A stretch of DNA of 51,402 nt from a virus. Lineage: Duplodnaviria; Caudoviricetes. Both the position numbers and the translations under genes were made by a program. Position 1 is the stretch's first letter. Each line of letters starts with the position of its first letter. Under the pieces are notes generated by a model. That model saw only the letters and a list, made by a program, of their open reading frames with translations, was not told where the DNA came from and searched no databases. The DNA is taken from the IMG/VR virus record IMGVR_UViG_3300025168_000010, positions 1 to 51,402 of that record; one strand, written 5' to 3'. Shown piece by piece: positions 7,673-15,757 of the stretch.

Positions 7673-7894
7673 ATGAAAGATCAAACCAAACCAAGCGCAA
7701 TGACATCACAACCGACCGTCATCGAAGCCTTACACAGTCAACTAGAGGAAGCCAACGACACCCTCAAGCGATGGGAGAACAAAGCGATCACAGACATCGC
7801 AATCGGGAAGCCCAACACAACCGCTTGCCGAATCTGGAACAAAGCAAGCGCAAGGCGCAAAGCAATACTACTCGCCCTAGAAGCAAGGCAGTAA
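7673..7894 (+). CDS. Hypothetical early protein (cassette 2)
   Basis: 73-aa ORF, TAGGAG RBS, ends just before a terminator. Confidence 0.65.
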   Translation: MKDQTKPSAMTSQPTVIEALHSQLEEANDTLKRWENKAITDIAIGKPNTTACRIWNKASARRKAILLALEARQ

Positions 7895-7898
7895 CTGC

Positions 7899-7931
7899 AA
7901 GGCGGGTATCGAAAGGTACCTGCCTTTTTTT
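7899..7931 (+). terminator. Intrinsic terminator ending cassette 2
   Basis: Stem ggcgggtatc/ggtacctgcc with GAAA loop, then T7. Confidence 0.9.
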
Positions 7932-7969
7932 ATGTCAACACATACCGTTAGCAACAAACAACAGAACGA

Positions 7970-8031
7970 TAACCTTCGCTCCGCTACGGTTAATGGTTTT
8001 GTGTATTAATTAAGATACATTTACATAGGAG
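7970..8031 (+). promoter_or_regulatory. Cassette-start element, copy 3
   Basis: Same 22-mer at 7970-7991, 10-nt gap, TGTATTAATTAA 8002-8013, ATACATTTA 8015-8023, TAGGAG 8026-8031, ATG 8038. Confidence 0.85.
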
Positions 8032-8037
8032 CATTCA

Positions 8038-8244
8038 ATGCTTAAATTTAAACTAAACTTCTTACGCCTTAGTCTAAAACAAAAGGGATGGAGCAGCCTC
8101 TCCACTCTCCTTAATGTTTTACCTATAGATCACCGTGGTTTGTTTGGACTTGGAGCACCTCATTGGTACTTCAAAGCCGACTCATACCTAAACAATAAGC
8201 GGTGGAAGGTACAAGATGAAATGTGGGTCTTGCTAGACTCATAA
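8038..8244 (+). CDS. Hypothetical early protein (cassette 3, single gene)
   Basis: 68-aa ORF between the repeated element and a terminator. Confidence 0.65.
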   Translation: MLKFKLNFLRLSLKQKGWSSLSTLLNVLPIDHRGLFGLGAPHWYFKADSYLNNKRWKVQDEMWVLLDS

Positions 8245-8250
8245 GCAATC

Positions 8251-8278
8251 AGCGGCACCAAACGGTGTCGCTTTTTTT
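8251..8278 (+). terminator. Intrinsic terminator ending cassette 3
   Basis: Stem agcggcacc/ggtgtcgct with aaac loop, then T-run. Confidence 0.85.
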
Positions 8279-8912
8279 ATGTCGGCGTGTAACCTTGGCG
8301 CAGTACTTGAAGAGATGTTTGCTTAAGGTAATGAAACGTAATGCGTACTTGAGAGAGTAAGAGATGATGAGAAGAAGAAGGGTATCCAAACCAGAGCAGT
8401 CTATTCCATGTAGTTCAATGGTACTACCAACGCTCATGTACACAAACTCGTAAACTCTTTGTACCTTAACGTCTCCTCCTACCGCTCATTACACTCGATG
8501 CATCGTTCCATTCACTAGGTCGGAGCCTTCATTAGCCGTTAGTTAGCAAGGGTTCCTGCACAACATTGAGTTAGTTATCCCCCCCCGTATCGTATTCTAT
8601 ATATAGAAATATCATCCCCTCAAAAAATTTTTCTGGATACGACATATCGTCTTTTTTTACAGCAATAGCTAGGACTTGTCTCAAGTGATACCTGATGAAA
8701 CGTTGTGACCCTCTATCTTACCTTCTACTCTAGCTTCTCCTATCTAGGGATAGTCGTAGCGAATAGCTTTACCTTAGTAACGTCTCGAAGCTTCGTTATA
8801 AGTAAGTAGGCAAACAAAACATGCACTGTTTCTGTGAATCTGTCAAGGTAGGTTTGACAACTTATTTGTAAATGGGTTACCCGTAGTCCATAATCCACAT
8901 AGAGAGGTCTAA

Positions 8913-10373
8913 ATGAGTAGCGAATGGTCTGAACTCCTTGAGCAGCTAAGCTCTGATCGTCTAAAATCCTCACTTCGTGAGTCTAAGTACAGCCGGCTAT
9001 GGCAGTGGTACGGTGAAGAAAGTGGGATGAACTCAAACGAGTTTAAGGAGTTCTGCCTTTGGGCACGACGGCAGTTAAACGTCAAGCGAGAACGCGGTAA
9101 CTCGCCTGCCCCGCAGCCAGTTGCTGTAGTAGAAACCAGTTACGCTCATGAGGCTGGGTACTATTACGATGAGACTAAAGACCTATACATAGTACACCTG
9201 CAATCGAAGAAGATGCCTATGTCTATCCCTGGAGACATGTGGCGGTCTATGAAACTGGCCTACTCTAACTGGGACGGCGCTCCATCTAGTGTAAATGAAC
9301 TCTCTCGTAAGTTCGGATTGGCTAGGAATACGGTTACTGAGTTGTTTAGGGCTATGGGAACTACCCATGATTCCTCCCCGTGGTCGGATGAAGAGCTACA
9401 TTCCACTGACGAGCGGGATCTAGTAGAGGATTTGCTACGTGCAAAGGAAGAAAGGGTACTTGTTAAGGCAGAACGGAAGGAATACCGGCGAATTAAGAAG
9501 GATGCAGAGTCATTTAGACGGCTAGACCTACTAGCAAGTCGTATATCGGGCCGGTTTGCGGAGTCTGCGCCTGATTACGAGGTGCCATTGCTTGATTTGC
9601 CGCCTGCCAAGGAGGAGTATGCACTAGTTATCTCCCCAACCGACTTTCATTGGGGCAAGAGGGGTACAAACTACAACCGTAAAATAGCTCAAGAGCGATT
9701 ATTCGACGTATCAAAGGGGCTTTTAGCCCGTGTAGCCGCTGCTGGGGCACCAAGTAAGATCATTGTGGCCCTAGGTGGGGACGGATTGCACATTGATAAC
9801 GCCCAATCCACAACTACACACGGTACTCCACAAGATTGTGACGGCTCACCGGAAGATATTGCGTGGTCATACGTCATGATGTGCCGTGATTACATAGATA
9901 TGGTACGTCAGTTCGCTCCTGTGGAGCTATTTGTGATTCCTGGTAACCATGACCGGTACTCAGCGACACTTATCCGGGCTGCTTTAGCAGGTTGGTTCTC
10001 TACGGTAGACGATGTTGACGTTCATACGTCCCTCAGTAACCGCCAATACATAATATACGGCAATAGTCTCATCACATTCCTTCACGGAGACGTAGGAAAA
10101 GTAAAAGACTGGCCAGCAATCATAGCCGGAGAGGTGCCAGCACTGTGGGGACTAACTGAATGGCGATTCATTTTCACAGGACACTTCCATACAGAGCGTG
10201 AGTTGCCCACATACGGCAACGTAACGGTGTACAGGATGCCAAGTTTAGCAGGAAATGATGCATGGCACGAAAGAAAGGGTTACAAGTCTCGTAAGGCTTT
10301 GGTCGGGTACATGGTATCCCTCGACCGTGGGGTCATTGGACAACATGCAGAACCGGTTCTAGAGGATATTTAA
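8913..10373 (+). CDS. Calcineurin-like metallophosphoesterase with N-terminal HTH-like region
   Basis: Ordered motifs TDFHWG, GGDGLH, PGNHD, FLHGD, TGHFH; N-terminal SVNELSRKFGLARNTV is HTH-like. Confidence 0.85.
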   Translation: MSSEWSELLEQLSSDRLKSSLRESKYSRLWQWYGEESGMNSNEFKEFCLWARRQLNVKRERGNSPAPQPVAVVETSYAHEAGYYYDETKDLYIVHLQSKKMPMSIPGDMWRSMKLAYSNWDGAPSSVNELSRKFGLARNTVTELFRAMGTTHDSSPWSDEELHSTDERDLVEDLLRAKEERVLVKAERKEYRRIKKDAESFRRLDLLASRISGRFAESAPDYEVPLLDLPPAKEEYALVISPTDFHWGKRGTNYNRKIAQERLFDVSKGLLARVAAAGAPSKIIVALGGDGLHIDNAQSTTTHGTPQDCDGSPEDIAWSYVMMCRDYIDMVRQFAPVELFVIPGNHDRYSATLIRAALAGWFSTVDDVDVHTSLSNRQYIIYGNSLITFLHGDVGKVKDWPAIIAGEVPALWGLTEWRFIFTGHFHTERELPTYGNVTVYRMPSLAGNDAWHERKGYKSRKALVGYMVSLDRGVIGQHAEPVLEDI

Positions 10374-10374
10374 T

Positions 10375-10791
10375 ATGGCAGACGCAGAAAAAGAAATCGA
10401 AGGCAAGGGATACAAGAGCCTAGAGCCTTGGGAAGTTAAGATGATCCTGATGGACGCACCGCGAGGTGGTGACCCTAAAGCAATACTTGATGACTACATC
10501 AAAACAGTTTCTGCTGAAGAGGCTATGACTAAAAAAGTTTTAGACGAAGCAGCGGCAAGTAAGAAAGTTCCCGATCCTACACTAGAAGAATTTGATGCCA
10601 GCCTCGCTAAATCACAGACGAAAACACAAGAGCAAGGCGATAAGTATCGGATAGACGAGAACCAGACCCTTTCTGAAATCGCACAGATGTATAAGACTAC
10701 TGCTGAAGCTATCGCTAAGCACAACAAGATTGCAGACCCTAACAAAGTTAAGGTCGGTCAAGTCTTAGACATGAGTCCATTTAACCCATAA
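10375..10791 (+). CDS. LysM-domain protein
   Basis: C-terminal YRIDENQTLSEIAQMYKTTAEAIAKHNKIADPNKVKVGQVL is a canonical LysM repeat. Confidence 0.85.
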   Translation: MADAEKEIEGKGYKSLEPWEVKMILMDAPRGGDPKAILDDYIKTVSAEEAMTKKVLDEAAASKKVPDPTLEEFDASLAKSQTKTQEQGDKYRIDENQTLSEIAQMYKTTAEAIAKHNKIADPNKVKVGQVLDMSPFNP

Positions 10792-10806
10792 TCGTAGAGA
10801 GTAATC

Positions 10807-10917
10807 ATGCCAAATATGCACCATCCTAAGCACAATAAAACCATGAAAAAGAAAACAGCGCCAACTATGGCTAAAAAGAAAGCAGCGCCGAAGAAGCCTA
10901 AGAACAAAGGCTACTAA
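10807..10917 (+). CDS. Small Lys-rich peptide (36 aa, not in ORF track)
   Basis: MPNMHHPKHNKTMKKKTAPTMAKKKAAPKKPKNKGY*; TAATG-coupled to the next gene. Confidence 0.55.
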   Translation: MPNMHHPKHNKTMKKKTAPTMAKKKAAPKKPKNKGY

Positions 10918-11222
10918 TGGCCAAGAAGCTAAGCGCTAGTGCTCGTGCTGGGATTTTTATCCGGGCAGGTGTAGAAGGGTGCAACAAACCTAAGCGTACT
11001 CCCAGCCATCCGACGAAGAGCCATATCGTTGTAGCCTGCGAAGGCGGCAAAATAAAGACTATTCGTTTTGGTGAGCAAGGAGCTAAGACTGCGGGTAAGC
11101 CCAAAGAGGGCGAGTCCGAGAAGATGAAAAAGAAACGTGCCTCATTCAAAGCCCGACATGCAAAAAACATAAAGAAGGGCAAGATGAGCGCAGCTTACTG
11201 GGCAAATAAAGAAAAATGGTAG
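10917..11222 (+). CDS. Conserved basic phage protein (DUF6321-like)
   Basis: IRFGEQG...KKRASFKARH...SAAYWA pattern recurrent in environmental phages (recalled family). Confidence 0.7.
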   Translation: MAKKLSASARAGIFIRAGVEGCNKPKRTPSHPTKSHIVVACEGGKIKTIRFGEQGAKTAGKPKEGESEKMKKKRASFKARHAKNIKKGKMSAAYWANKEKW

Positions 11223-11473
11223 ATACAGAATCAAAGATCCTTCTCCTTGAACCTAGAGAACAGTTTGACGCAGCCTTTGTGGGCTACGTTGACCGCTTTG
11301 GGCAACAAACAATCGCTTGCTACGACCATGAAAAGGTTATTGAGACCTTTAAAAGTCAAGGCATGTCCGATGATGAAGCACGAGAGTTCTTCTCGTACAA
11401 CACTATCGGGGCTTGGGCTGGAGAGGGGACACCCTGCTTCCTTTTTAGCTCTTCGCCTCCTGATTTGCTCTAG
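11216..11473 (+). CDS. Conserved phage protein of unknown function
   Basis: FDAAFVG...YD...GMSDDEAREFFSYNTIGAWAGEGTP pattern common in aquatic phages. Confidence 0.7.
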   Translation: MVDTESKILLLEPREQFDAAFVGYVDRFGQQTIACYDHEKVIETFKSQGMSDDEAREFFSYNTIGAWAGEGTPCFLFSSSPPDLL

Positions 11474-11711
11474 TCGCAGAAGAATAAACCCCTACCCACA
11501 CGCCGTTAGAATCCCAAAGATGGAATCCTAGCAGCCGAAGACCTGTTGGCGTTATCCAAGTTCCTTGCCAGATAAGACTGCTTGCGTATTGGTTCATGCT
11601 GCTCCGCTTCTGAATATAAGAATGCTGTAGGTTACTAGAGTTGCTACAAGGGCACCGTAGCACGTACCGAGGATCATACCCAAAGTAAAGGCCCCAAACT
11701 CGCGGGTCCAC
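11445..11711 (-). CDS. Hypothetical protein
   Basis: 88-aa ORF filling the gap downstream of the zinc-ribbon gene; no recognisable motif. Confidence 0.3.
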   Translation of the reverse strand: MDPRVWGLYFGYDPRYVLRCPCSNSSNLQHSYIQKRSSMNQYASSLIWQGTWITPTGLRLLGFHLWDSNGVWVGVYSSATRANQEAKS

Positions 11712-11714
11712 CCT

Positions 11715-11912
11715 TTAACGTTTTGTACGAGTTCGTAAGCCATAGCCATCCTTGTACCAGCCGCCGCCTTTTAAGACAAAGCTACCGATGCTAATCTGCT
11801 TCTCCACCTGTTCATTGCGACAAGAAGGGCAGGCAGGCGCAGCCTGGCGTAGCTTCATTAGCTTCTGGAATCGTTCATCGCATTCTGGGCATAGGTATTC
11901 GTAGATAGGCAT
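11715..11912 (-). CDS. FmdB-family zinc-ribbon protein (CxxC-CxxC-SSSS type)
   Basis: MPIYEYLCPEC...CPSC...KQISIGSFVLKGGGWYKDGY; true start is ATG 11912, coupled to the upstream stop. Confidence 0.9.
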   Translation of the reverse strand: MPIYEYLCPECDERFQKLMKLRQAAPACPSCRNEQVEKQISIGSFVLKGGGWYKDGYGLRTRTKR

Positions 11913-12079
11913 TACATCAATGGTCCCGGCTGGTCGTCTTGCCAAGCCTTAAATAAAATTTTCTCTTGCTTGCTTTCGGGTAAACCCTCAAGCGAAGACT
12001 CCTCTACGAGATAATGAGCCAAGGCTTTCTGGTCCTTCGATAGGTCTTTATAGCTTTTTGGTTTCTTATTCTTAGCCAT
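11912..12079 (-). CDS. Hypothetical protein (55 aa, not in ORF track)
   Basis: MAKNKKPKSYKDLSKDQKALAHYLVEESSLEGLPESKQEKILFKAWQDDQPGPLM*; fills the gap in a coupled operon. Confidence 0.6.
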   Translation of the reverse strand: MAKNKKPKSYKDLSKDQKALAHYLVEESSLEGLPESKQEKILFKAWQDDQPGPLM

Positions 12080-12085
12080 GCTTAC

Positions 12086-12466
12086 CTACGCAGATATATA
12101 GATTCCGACAGCAACGTTACTTGCTGGGTTAGTTGGGGTAAAGGCTGCTGCTGCAAAGTTAGTAGCCCCTGCCATGCAGATCCCGGTACCGAAGACCATG
12201 TTTCTTGGGAAGATGTAGTGCTTTGACGTTCCTGCTGGACAGAAAAGAACGGAATGTGGCTTCGTTGTGCCGAAAGTAACAGAGCCTGTGAGGTTCCATA
12301 GGTACAAGTAGAAGCCTGAGCTAGTATTCTTCTTGTTGTCTATGAAGATCTGTTGCACATTTGCGGCACCGCTGTTGATATTGTCTTCAACCGTAGAGTT
12401 TACATCTGTATCTCGGATAAGTTTAGCGACACTGCTTGTCGAAAAAGAGGAGGTTATAACTGCCAT
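12086..12466 (-). CDS. Putative beta-rich virion accessory protein, paralog A
   Basis: YLYLWN...GTTKP...CPAGT...FGTGI pattern shared with the adjacent gene. Confidence 0.6.
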   Translation of the reverse strand: MAVITSSFSTSSVAKLIRDTDVNSTVEDNINSGAANVQQIFIDNKKNTSSGFYLYLWNLTGSVTFGTTKPHSVLFCPAGTSKHYIFPRNMVFGTGICMAGATNFAAAAFTPTNPASNVAVGIYISA

Positions 12467-12475
12467 TTCTTACTC

Positions 12476-12838
12476 CTAGGTTGTGTATAGATATAAGGTT
12501 GATGTTGCGCCGTAGCCACCAGAACTAGCAGGGTCTGCGTCTGTGCTAGTAGCATTGTAAGAAATACCGCTAGTGAATGGGATCCCTTCGGGTACATTCA
12601 GCGAAAACGTAGTTCCGGACGGCACAATAAAGGCCATCTTTGGTACAGTTGTTCCGGCTACAGCACTGGCTGAGTCGTAGAATCGCAGAAAGAGGTTACC
12701 GGCACCAGCAACAAGCTCAAACCCATACAACACGCCTGACCCGCCAGTAACATCTGAAACCATAGTGTTAGATACAGCGGTATCATGCGTGAGTGCATAC
12801 GCCGTAAATATTCTATTTTTGCCCGTCTTAAGTGCCAT
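12476..12838 (-). CDS. Putative beta-rich virion accessory protein, paralog B
   Basis: FLRFYD...GTTVP...VPSGT...FTSGI pattern shared with the adjacent gene. Confidence 0.6.
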   Translation of the reverse strand: MALKTGKNRIFTAYALTHDTAVSNTMVSDVTGGSGVLYGFELVAGAGNLFLRFYDSASAVAGTTVPKMAFIVPSGTTFSLNVPEGIPFTSGISYNATSTDADPASSGGYGATSTLYLYTT

Positions 12839-12849
12839 CTCTCACCTCA

Positions 12850-13173
12850 CTATACTTGCTGTTTGACTACTGCTTTTTTAGCAAACTCTAATGCTTGCAT
12901 CTGTTTATTATGAAGTTGTTGGCTCTGAGTGTTTAGTTTTGCTAACGCTTGCTGGTAGTGAGTTCGCTTAACCTGGCGCTCCTTCGCAGACATAGCCTCT
13001 TTAACGCCACCATACTTTTTGATCTCTTCACCAGTGGGCAGATCTTCCACAGTAACGCCCGGCTTAGTCTCTAATAAAACGTCAGGGCTAACTTGCGCTG
13101 CATACTTCGTACTGTTGTCCATAGCCATACCAAACCTCTCCAGAGGACTATAACCCACTACAGCCATTTGCAA
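12850..13173 (-). CDS. Hypothetical protein, Gln-rich coiled-coil C-terminus
   Basis: 107-aa ORF in the leftward operon; start uncertain. Confidence 0.55.
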   Translation of the reverse strand: MQMAVVGYSPLERFGMAMDNSTKYAAQVSPDVLLETKPGVTVEDLPTGEEIKKYGGVKEAMSAKERQVKRTHYQQALAKLNTQSQQLHNKQMQALEFAKKAVVKQQV

Positions 13174-13215
13174 AAACTACTGTTTCTCACTACAAGACTT
13201 GTCAGGGGGTTGACA

Positions 13216-13473
13216 ATGGACAACATTAGCAATTGGGTAGAGTCGTTATCAGATAAAGATCTTGCTTTTCTTCAGTTATGTGTAGAAGATGAGACCAAAA
13301 AAAGAAGGCCACGCAAAAAGCGCCGCCTTAGTGAGAGAACTATTTCAATGATAGAAGACTTACGTATGTATTCGCCACGAATAGTGGCTCAAAAGCACAA
13401 GGTATCACGCCAATATGCTTATGAGATCTGCAAACGGTACGATATACCGCCTGTTAATCGACGGCATCTGTAA
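13216..13473 (+). CDS. Small putative HTH DNA-binding protein
   Basis: SPRIVAQKHKVSRQYAYEICKRY is HTH-like; ATG 13216 after GGGGG. Confidence 0.5.
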   Translation: MDNISNWVESLSDKDLAFLQLCVEDETKKRRPRKKRRLSERTISMIEDLRMYSPRIVAQKHKVSRQYAYEICKRYDIPPVNRRHL

Positions 13474-13741
13474 CGAAAAACCCAAGGTTGGGTACAAAGG
13501 TATACTCTTTACCCATCGTAGTAACAACGGCAGAACTTCCGCGAGAACACCTTATTCCTATTGAATTTTTTGCTACAACTAATTCGCGGTAGCTTTCAAA
13601 CTCTAGTTCAGCCTCTTGCCCATGAGTAACTACTTTCATCCTAAACAATTTTGCCTTAGACTTCCGTGTACTTTTAGTATCTTCTGTAGCTTTTACAGTC
13701 TCTGCTGCCCAAGGTGGGTCAATTTTCTTTGCTTTAGCCAT
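13454..13741 (-). CDS. Hypothetical basic protein
   Basis: ATG 13741 after GGAGAG; divergent from the terminase operon. Confidence 0.55.
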   Translation of the reverse strand: MAKAKKIDPPWAAETVKATEDTKSTRKSKAKLFRMKVVTHGQEAELEFESYRELVVAKNSIGIRCSRGSSAVVTTMGKEYTFVPNLGFFVTDAVD

Positions 13742-13807
13742 TGCGCTCTCCATGTTACTCTTATAGTTAGTACATATCTGTCATGCTGACAAGTAATAGG
13801 AGAAGAC

Positions 13808-14116
13808 ATGCCGCGCAAGAAGAAGGTCGAAGAAAGAGTCCCCCTGTTAGACGAACGCTTTAGCCTAGATAGCTACGAAGGCATACTAGGTAGCCTACGA
13901 ATCGTGGCAGAAGGGATCGCAGACGAATCTCTCAAGAGAGATAAGGCAGATCTTCTGCTAAAAGTTTTAAGTTCTGCAAGAATGACAATTACAGAAAAGC
14001 GAAAGACTTCCGTTCTCGACAATAAGGCAGTTTCCCCCGACCCTATTGCTGGGGCCTCCGTCAAAGTTAACTCTAGTGGGCCATTCGCGGTATACTCGAC
14101 CTCAGATAAACAATGA
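13808..14116 (+). CDS. Possible terminase small subunit
   Basis: Position only: 102-aa helical ORF directly upstream of and overlapping TerL. Confidence 0.4.
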   Translation: MPRKKKVEERVPLLDERFSLDSYEGILGSLRIVAEGIADESLKRDKADLLLKVLSSARMTITEKRKTSVLDNKAVSPDPIAGASVKVNSSGPFAVYSTSDKQ

Positions 14117-15750
14117 TCGTAATGCCAAGTGATCCGGAGTTTTGGAATCCGGAAAAGTTCCTGCCGATGCTTAGTGTAAGAACTAAGAGTGGGGCGATAA
14201 AACCATTTGAGCTTTGGTCTCACCAGCGGATACTGAGCGCAGCCGTAGTTAGGTGTTACCAAGAAAACAAGTGGCTGTGCCACGTAAAACCTCGACAGGA
14301 AGGAAGCTCTACGTTCTTCACGGGGGTTCTATTTCAGCACGTTGCGTTTAGATCAGGTTGCTATGCAGGGATTGTGGCTCACAAAAGGGAAGTATCTGAG
14401 AAACTTGCACGTATTGCTATACGTTTCCACCAAACATGCCCAAAGCCTATACGACCGTACCGGACTCCGGGGCTAAAAAGAACTCTGGAGATACCTAGAG
14501 ACGACGGTGGCGACAGCTTGCTTACTTGCGCATCAATTAAGGATGATGAGCCACTGCGTGGCGATACCGCTCAGGTGGTATTAGCAACAGAGATTAGTTC
14601 TTGGAAAGGCAGGGCCGGAGAAGACGCTTGGACCTCAGTGCTAAACGCAGTGCCTGAAGATGGTGGCATTATATTTGGGGAAAGCACTCCCAAGTACTAC
14701 GGAGATCAGTTGCATAAAGTCTTTGAGGACTCTAAAAGAGCAGGTTCAAAGTGGCTTTCTGTCTTTATACCTTGGACGTTTGTAGAGGAGTACTCTAGGG
14801 AGCCAGCTAAGGGGTGGAAGCCTAGACCAGAAATCCTAGACTATGCAAACAAGAACAAACTGACACCTGCACAGGCTCATTGGATGCAAGCAGTCGGCCT
14901 ACCTAAGTGTCGTAACAATATATCTAAGTTTCAAGCAGAGTATCCTATCAACGAGCTTGATTGCTTCGGCCTTGCCGGAGATCCTGTGTTTAATAGTGAG
15001 AAACTTATGGGAGTTCTCCAGGCTATGGATGGAGCCACTGGGATCGCGAGTGAAAGTAAAGAACTTGAGATATTCAAAGAGCCAAACCGTGACCACAGAT
15101 ACATTATTGCGGTAGACCCTGCATCATCTTGGTCTAAAAAGGATAAGTTTGGTGTAGAAGTATTAGACCTGTTTACCTGTGAGCAGGTCGCAGAGTATGA
15201 AGGGCATATAGATGCCTACAGTATGGCAAAGATGCTTGCTGAACTCGGAGCAAAGTACAATAAAGCGACTATATACGTAGAGGCCAACGGAGTTGGTGAT
15301 GCTTTGTTAAGTCATTTGCTTGCGCCATCTATCGCATACAACATGGTATACCATCGGCAATCGACAAACCCATTAAACAGAAGTGGTGGGTCTTCTCTTG
15401 TTCCTGGTTGGTGGGCATCGTCAGCAACAAAGTCTGCTGCAATAAGTTTCTTGCAAGAACTAATACAAGATGATTCAATAGTTATACATTCTCAACGTCT
15501 GCTAAGGCAGTTAATTCAGTACCGTGGGCAATGGGATAAACTTTCCCGCGATGCCGAGGGTGGTCACTATGACCTTACAGCAGCCTTTGCTTTGTCTGCT
15601 TGGGCGTATAGAAACGAGGTTAAGAGGGGGCATACACGTATGCGCCAAACAGAAAGTAGCATTCGCAAGGCTGCTTGGGACAGGCTATTAGAACGACTAG
15701 AGGGTTCTTCCGAAAGCGATTGGAACAATCGTTGGGGTAAACACAAGTGA
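14113..15750 (+). CDS. terL: Terminase large subunit
   Basis: Walker A-type KPRQEGSST, Walker B variant VVLATE, coupling motif GEST, F.QEYP-like FQAEYP, nuclease IIAVDPA, YVEANGVG and GHYDL. Confidence 0.92.
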   Translation: MIVMPSDPEFWNPEKFLPMLSVRTKSGAIKPFELWSHQRILSAAVVRCYQENKWLCHVKPRQEGSSTFFTGVLFQHVAFRSGCYAGIVAHKREVSEKLARIAIRFHQTCPKPIRPYRTPGLKRTLEIPRDDGGDSLLTCASIKDDEPLRGDTAQVVLATEISSWKGRAGEDAWTSVLNAVPEDGGIIFGESTPKYYGDQLHKVFEDSKRAGSKWLSVFIPWTFVEEYSREPAKGWKPRPEILDYANKNKLTPAQAHWMQAVGLPKCRNNISKFQAEYPINELDCFGLAGDPVFNSEKLMGVLQAMDGATGIASESKELEIFKEPNRDHRYIIAVDPASSWSKKDKFGVEVLDLFTCEQVAEYEGHIDAYSMAKMLAELGAKYNKATIYVEANGVGDALLSHLLAPSIAYNMVYHRQSTNPLNRSGGSSLVPGWWASSATKSAAISFLQELIQDDSIVIHSQRLLRQLIQYRGQWDKLSRDAEGGHYDLTAAFALSAWAYRNEVKRGHTRMRQTESSIRKAAWDRLLERLEGSSESDWNNRWGKHK

Positions 15751-15757
15751 GGTAGGC

